This document shows positions 61,216 to 64,000 of a stretch of 64,000 bases of DNA, in pieces. A model generated the notes under the pieces. It had not been told where the DNA came from, did not search any database, and saw nothing but the letters and a program-made list of their open reading frames with translations. The position numbers and the translations under genes are program-made. The stretch is from the NCBI GenBank assembly GCA_963740315.1, contig CAVUDP010000002.1:1920001-1984000 (forward strand), written 5' to 3'. Each line of letters starts with the position of its first letter. Positions within the stretch are counted from its first letter, which is position 1. This stretch comes from an uncultured cyanobacterium (GTDB lineage Bacteria; Cyanobacteriota; Cyanobacteriia; Cyanobacteriales; Nostocaceae).

Positions 61216-61548
61216 ATGCAAAACACTCGCTTAAACTCTCTATTCGATTTAACTGTCAGAAACCTAGCGCTATGGTTTCTCAATCCTTGGCGGAGAATAT
61301 CGCTGCTGATTATCAGTTTTTTGTTTGGCGTTTTTATGGGAACGGTAGCCGCGACTACAGCAGGACAAAGAGCTGTGTTGGATGTTGTTGTAGCTGCATT
61401 TTTAGTTTTCTTAACTGAAGTTAGCAGTCGAATAGTTTACAGACGACCTCCAAGGCTAAAGAGAAAGCTTTGGGTAGAATCACTTAATCTTTTTAAAGTT
61501 GGTTTTATTTATAGCTTATTTATAGAAGCGTTTAAACTTGGTTCGTGA
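61216..61548 (+). CDS. DUF565/Ycf20-family membrane protein
   Basis: MQNTRL, NPWRR, C-terminal FIEAFKLGS. Confidence 0.9.
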   Translation: MQNTRLNSLFDLTVRNLALWFLNPWRRISLLIISFLFGVFMGTVAATTAGQRAVLDVVVAAFLVFLTEVSSRIVYRRPPRLKRKLWVESLNLFKVGFIYSLFIEAFKLGS

Positions 61549-61623
61549 CTATCCCCAATGCCCATTCACGCGGCTAGCGAAGCGTACCGTAGGTATTGCG
61601 TGCGGGCGTACCCCAATGCCCAA

Positions 61624-62298
61624 TCATCGATCGAATTGCACCGTCATTTGAGCAACCTTCATATCTAAAGGTTCCCAATTCGGATTAGTTGAAGATAATA
61701 CGCGATCGCCTGTTACGACTTGATACTGCTGTTGGTTTTTTTGCAAAGCATTTTCGTCGGCAGAAAGTCTCAAAGAAAGTTTTCCTTGATATTCAGATAA
61801 TTTAGTAGCTTCTAAATTAATAATAAATCCGCCATAATCCCAACCTAATCCAGTTATTTTAAACTCACCTAATTCTTGGCGCAATTTATCAAAAGAAGTG
61901 CCGACACCGATACCTTGTGGAGTCTTCCAAGCAGAACCTAAATCTCCAACGTATAATAATTTTTGCCGAGTCTCTTCTTCCCAAGCAACTGTAAAATCTT
62001 TGTTTTCACCCAAGTTTACTTTAGTAACTGGAACTGAGATTGTTCCTTCAGCTTCTAAAACAACGTCATCTTTAAGCTTAGATTCACCAAACATTTTTAC
62101 TAAATCGGCGCGAGTTGTTTTTGCAGTTACCGCACCAACGCTCTTGCCTGGAATTATTAAAGTATCTTCTAATGTCTCAGTTTTGGATTCAGGTGAAGAA
62201 GTATTTTGGGAAATATTATTTTGTACTGAATTACTAGCAGAACAACCTACGATTAAAGTCAAAATAGTAACGGCAGCAATTTTTTTAATTGAAACCAT
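61624..62298 (-). CDS. Hypothetical lipoprotein
   Basis: Lipobox-like IVGC; GLGWDYGG. Confidence 0.8.
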   Translation of the reverse strand: MVSIKKIAAVTILTLIVGCSASNSVQNNISQNTSSPESKTETLEDTLIIPGKSVGAVTAKTTRADLVKMFGESKLKDDVVLEAEGTISVPVTKVNLGENKDFTVAWEEETRQKLLYVGDLGSAWKTPQGIGVGTSFDKLRQELGEFKITGLGWDYGGFIINLEATKLSEYQGKLSLRLSADENALQKNQQQYQVVTGDRVLSSTNPNWEPLDMKVAQMTVQFDR

Positions 62299-62531
62299 TT
62301 TATATACCTCAAATATAATTAGCTCAGGATGACGAATAATATTTTATACTTGTTTTCTCTCCTGTGCCAATATGAGGATAAGTTCCCTGGCATCGTAATT
62401 TATCTCTTAACTTGCACATTCTAAAACCCTTATCTAATAATAATTTGAGGCTTAAAACAAAATGTGTTAGTTTTATTTTTTTAGCTTAAATTTCGTTTAT
62501 TTTATTCAGCCTATCCCAAAAAAATCACTCT

Positions 62532-63311
62532 TCAGGAAGTATATGTCCATGCTTTCCAAAAAATATAAACTGATAAAATAGCAAGTCCAACGCGAAATGT
62601 GACGCTGACAAATTGATCTGATAATTTAGGCAAGAAACGAGTACTTAACTGCGCTCCTAAAAGTCCTCCAAATCCTAAAATTAAACCTGGAATTAATAAA
62701 ATATTACCTTCAAGAGCGTGTCTGGTAACAGCAGAAATAGAGCTAAGTACAATAACTCCCAAACTAGTTTGTATTGCGACTTTTATAGTTTCACCTAGTA
62801 AAAGAATTTGTAACGGTACCATAATTACACCGCCACCGACACCAAATATACCTGCCAACATTCCAGCAGTTCCTCCGGTGACAATTCTATAAATAGTAGA
62901 ACTAAGTTTTGATTGTTGATTTTGTGCGGTTTCTTCTTGTTGTTTTTTTGATAAATTCTTACGTAAATCAACTAAATAAATAGTAAATAAAAGTAAAATG
63001 CCAAAAGCAATTAACTGATTTTTCGGAGGAATAGACTTTGCTAACCCCGCACTAAAATAAGCTGTAACTACCGCCGGAATTCCAAGTAAAATAACCTGTT
63101 TAAAATTTATATAACCCATGCGCCAATTCTGGATACTTCCAGAAGTAGCCGTTATTACAATAGCCAGACTGCTAGTAGCAACAGCCTGCAATGGTACGTA
63201 ACCAAACGCTAATAGTATAGGTACCAAAACAGTACCACCACCGATACCCAACAATCCAGCAAGAATACCTGATATTAATCCACTAATTACTAGAAGCAAC
63301 CAATTTTCCAT
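62532..63311 (-). CDS. TauE/SafE-family sulfite exporter
   Basis: Duplicated GLLGIGGG / GIFGVGGG, ATSSL / QTSL. Confidence 0.92.
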   Translation of the reverse strand: MENWLLLVISGLISGILAGLLGIGGGTVLVPILLAFGYVPLQAVATSSLAIVITATSGSIQNWRMGYINFKQVILLGIPAVVTAYFSAGLAKSIPPKNQLIAFGILLLFTIYLVDLRKNLSKKQQEETAQNQQSKLSSTIYRIVTGGTAGMLAGIFGVGGGVIMVPLQILLLGETIKVAIQTSLGVIVLSSISAVTRHALEGNILLIPGLILGFGGLLGAQLSTRFLPKLSDQFVSVTFRVGLAILSVYIFWKAWTYTS

Positions 63312-63452
63312 GTTTTGTTAGTTAGTTGTTAGTTGTTAGTTGTCATATAATATTTGTTGCAATACCCCCTAAGCCAGTCCTAAATGTTGTTGAAATATAA
63401 TTCTTAACTCTTAACTCTTAACTCTTAACTCTTAACTCCTAATTCCCAACTT

Positions 63453-63998
63453 CTAATTCCCAATTCCTTTACCTTCTGGTAAAATCGCTTTTGGTAAAAT
63501 TCCATGAACGCCTTTTTGGGGTAAGTTGACGACTTGAGTAATGCGAAAACTTACGGCTAAACTACATAATACATAAGCATCTTCTGGTGATAACTTCGTG
63601 CAGCTTACCAGAAAATCAATCGTGTTTTTTAACGCTTTTTCTAGAGCCTCATCTAATGTTGGAGCGAAGCCCATCGCGATGATATCAGTGGGAGTTTCGG
63701 CGATCGGTGTTGAGATTTGCAAATTCTTATGAAGCTTTAGTTCAATAGTACCGTTCATCGAAGTTTCAATTGCAGTTACATTTACTTCGCCATCTCCTTG
63801 TGCGGAATGCCCATCACCAATGGAAAATAAAGCACCGGGAACGAAAACGGGTAAAAATATTTTGGAACCAGTTTGTAATTCGCGGTTGTCGATATTACCG
63901 CCATAATTGCCTGGAGGGATGGAATTTCGGGAATTTTCGGGTGTGGCAACGCCGAGAATACCGAAGAAAGGTTTGAGAGGAATTTTAATGCCGCTACC
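63453..63998 (-). CDS. Acetamidase/formamidase family, 5'-truncated by window edge
   Basis: PPGNYGGNID, IGDGHSAQGDGEV read upstream in frame with the listed ORF. Confidence 0.9.
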   Translation of the reverse strand, partial: GSGIKIPLKPFFGILGVATPENSRNSIPPGNYGGNIDNRELQTGSKIFLPVFVPGALFSIGDGHSAQGDGEVNVTAIETSMNGTIELKLHKNLQISTPIAETPTDIIAMGFAPTLDEALEKALKNTIDFLVSCTKLSPEDAYVLCSLAVSFRITQVVNLPQKGVHGILPKAILPEGKGIGN

Positions 63999-64000
63999 CG

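Overview
AT-rich DNA from a filamentous, probably heterocyst-forming cyanobacterium (Nostocales-like). This is inferred from frequent HIP1 GCGATCGC octamers, abundant 7-8 bp tandem repeats (STRR), a short C-terminal-only KaiA and kaiABC-tolC synteny. The housekeeping backbone includes an ABC exporter, tRNA-Tyr/tRNA-Thr, glycosyltransferases, mscS, ahcY, fmt, minCDE, gdhA, a P450, kaiABC, a hybrid histidine kinase and an ArnT-like transferase. Three accessory blocks stand out. (1) A toxin-antitoxin island directly after the tRNAs (2.0-7.8 kb) holds a three-gene STAS/HATPase + STAS + PIN module, decayed DUF433/PIN genes, a Panacea-PemK pair and HigBA. (2) A RecQ-PRTase + DprA pair matches the known PsyrTA/RqlHI defence system. 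(3) A CrfC/RdcA-like dynamin + YjcZ/RdcB + patatin phospholipase operon. The two best candidates for an undescribed system are the kinase-STAS-PIN module and the dynamin-RdcB-patatin operon. Many very small mobile or repeated elements (a MITE, REP-like palindromes, a HIP1-targeting 27-mer) have edited gene ends. tolC/hgdD is frameshifted as sequenced. No CRISPR array, integrase or transposase was found. All family calls come from motif recognition by eye, not database searches.
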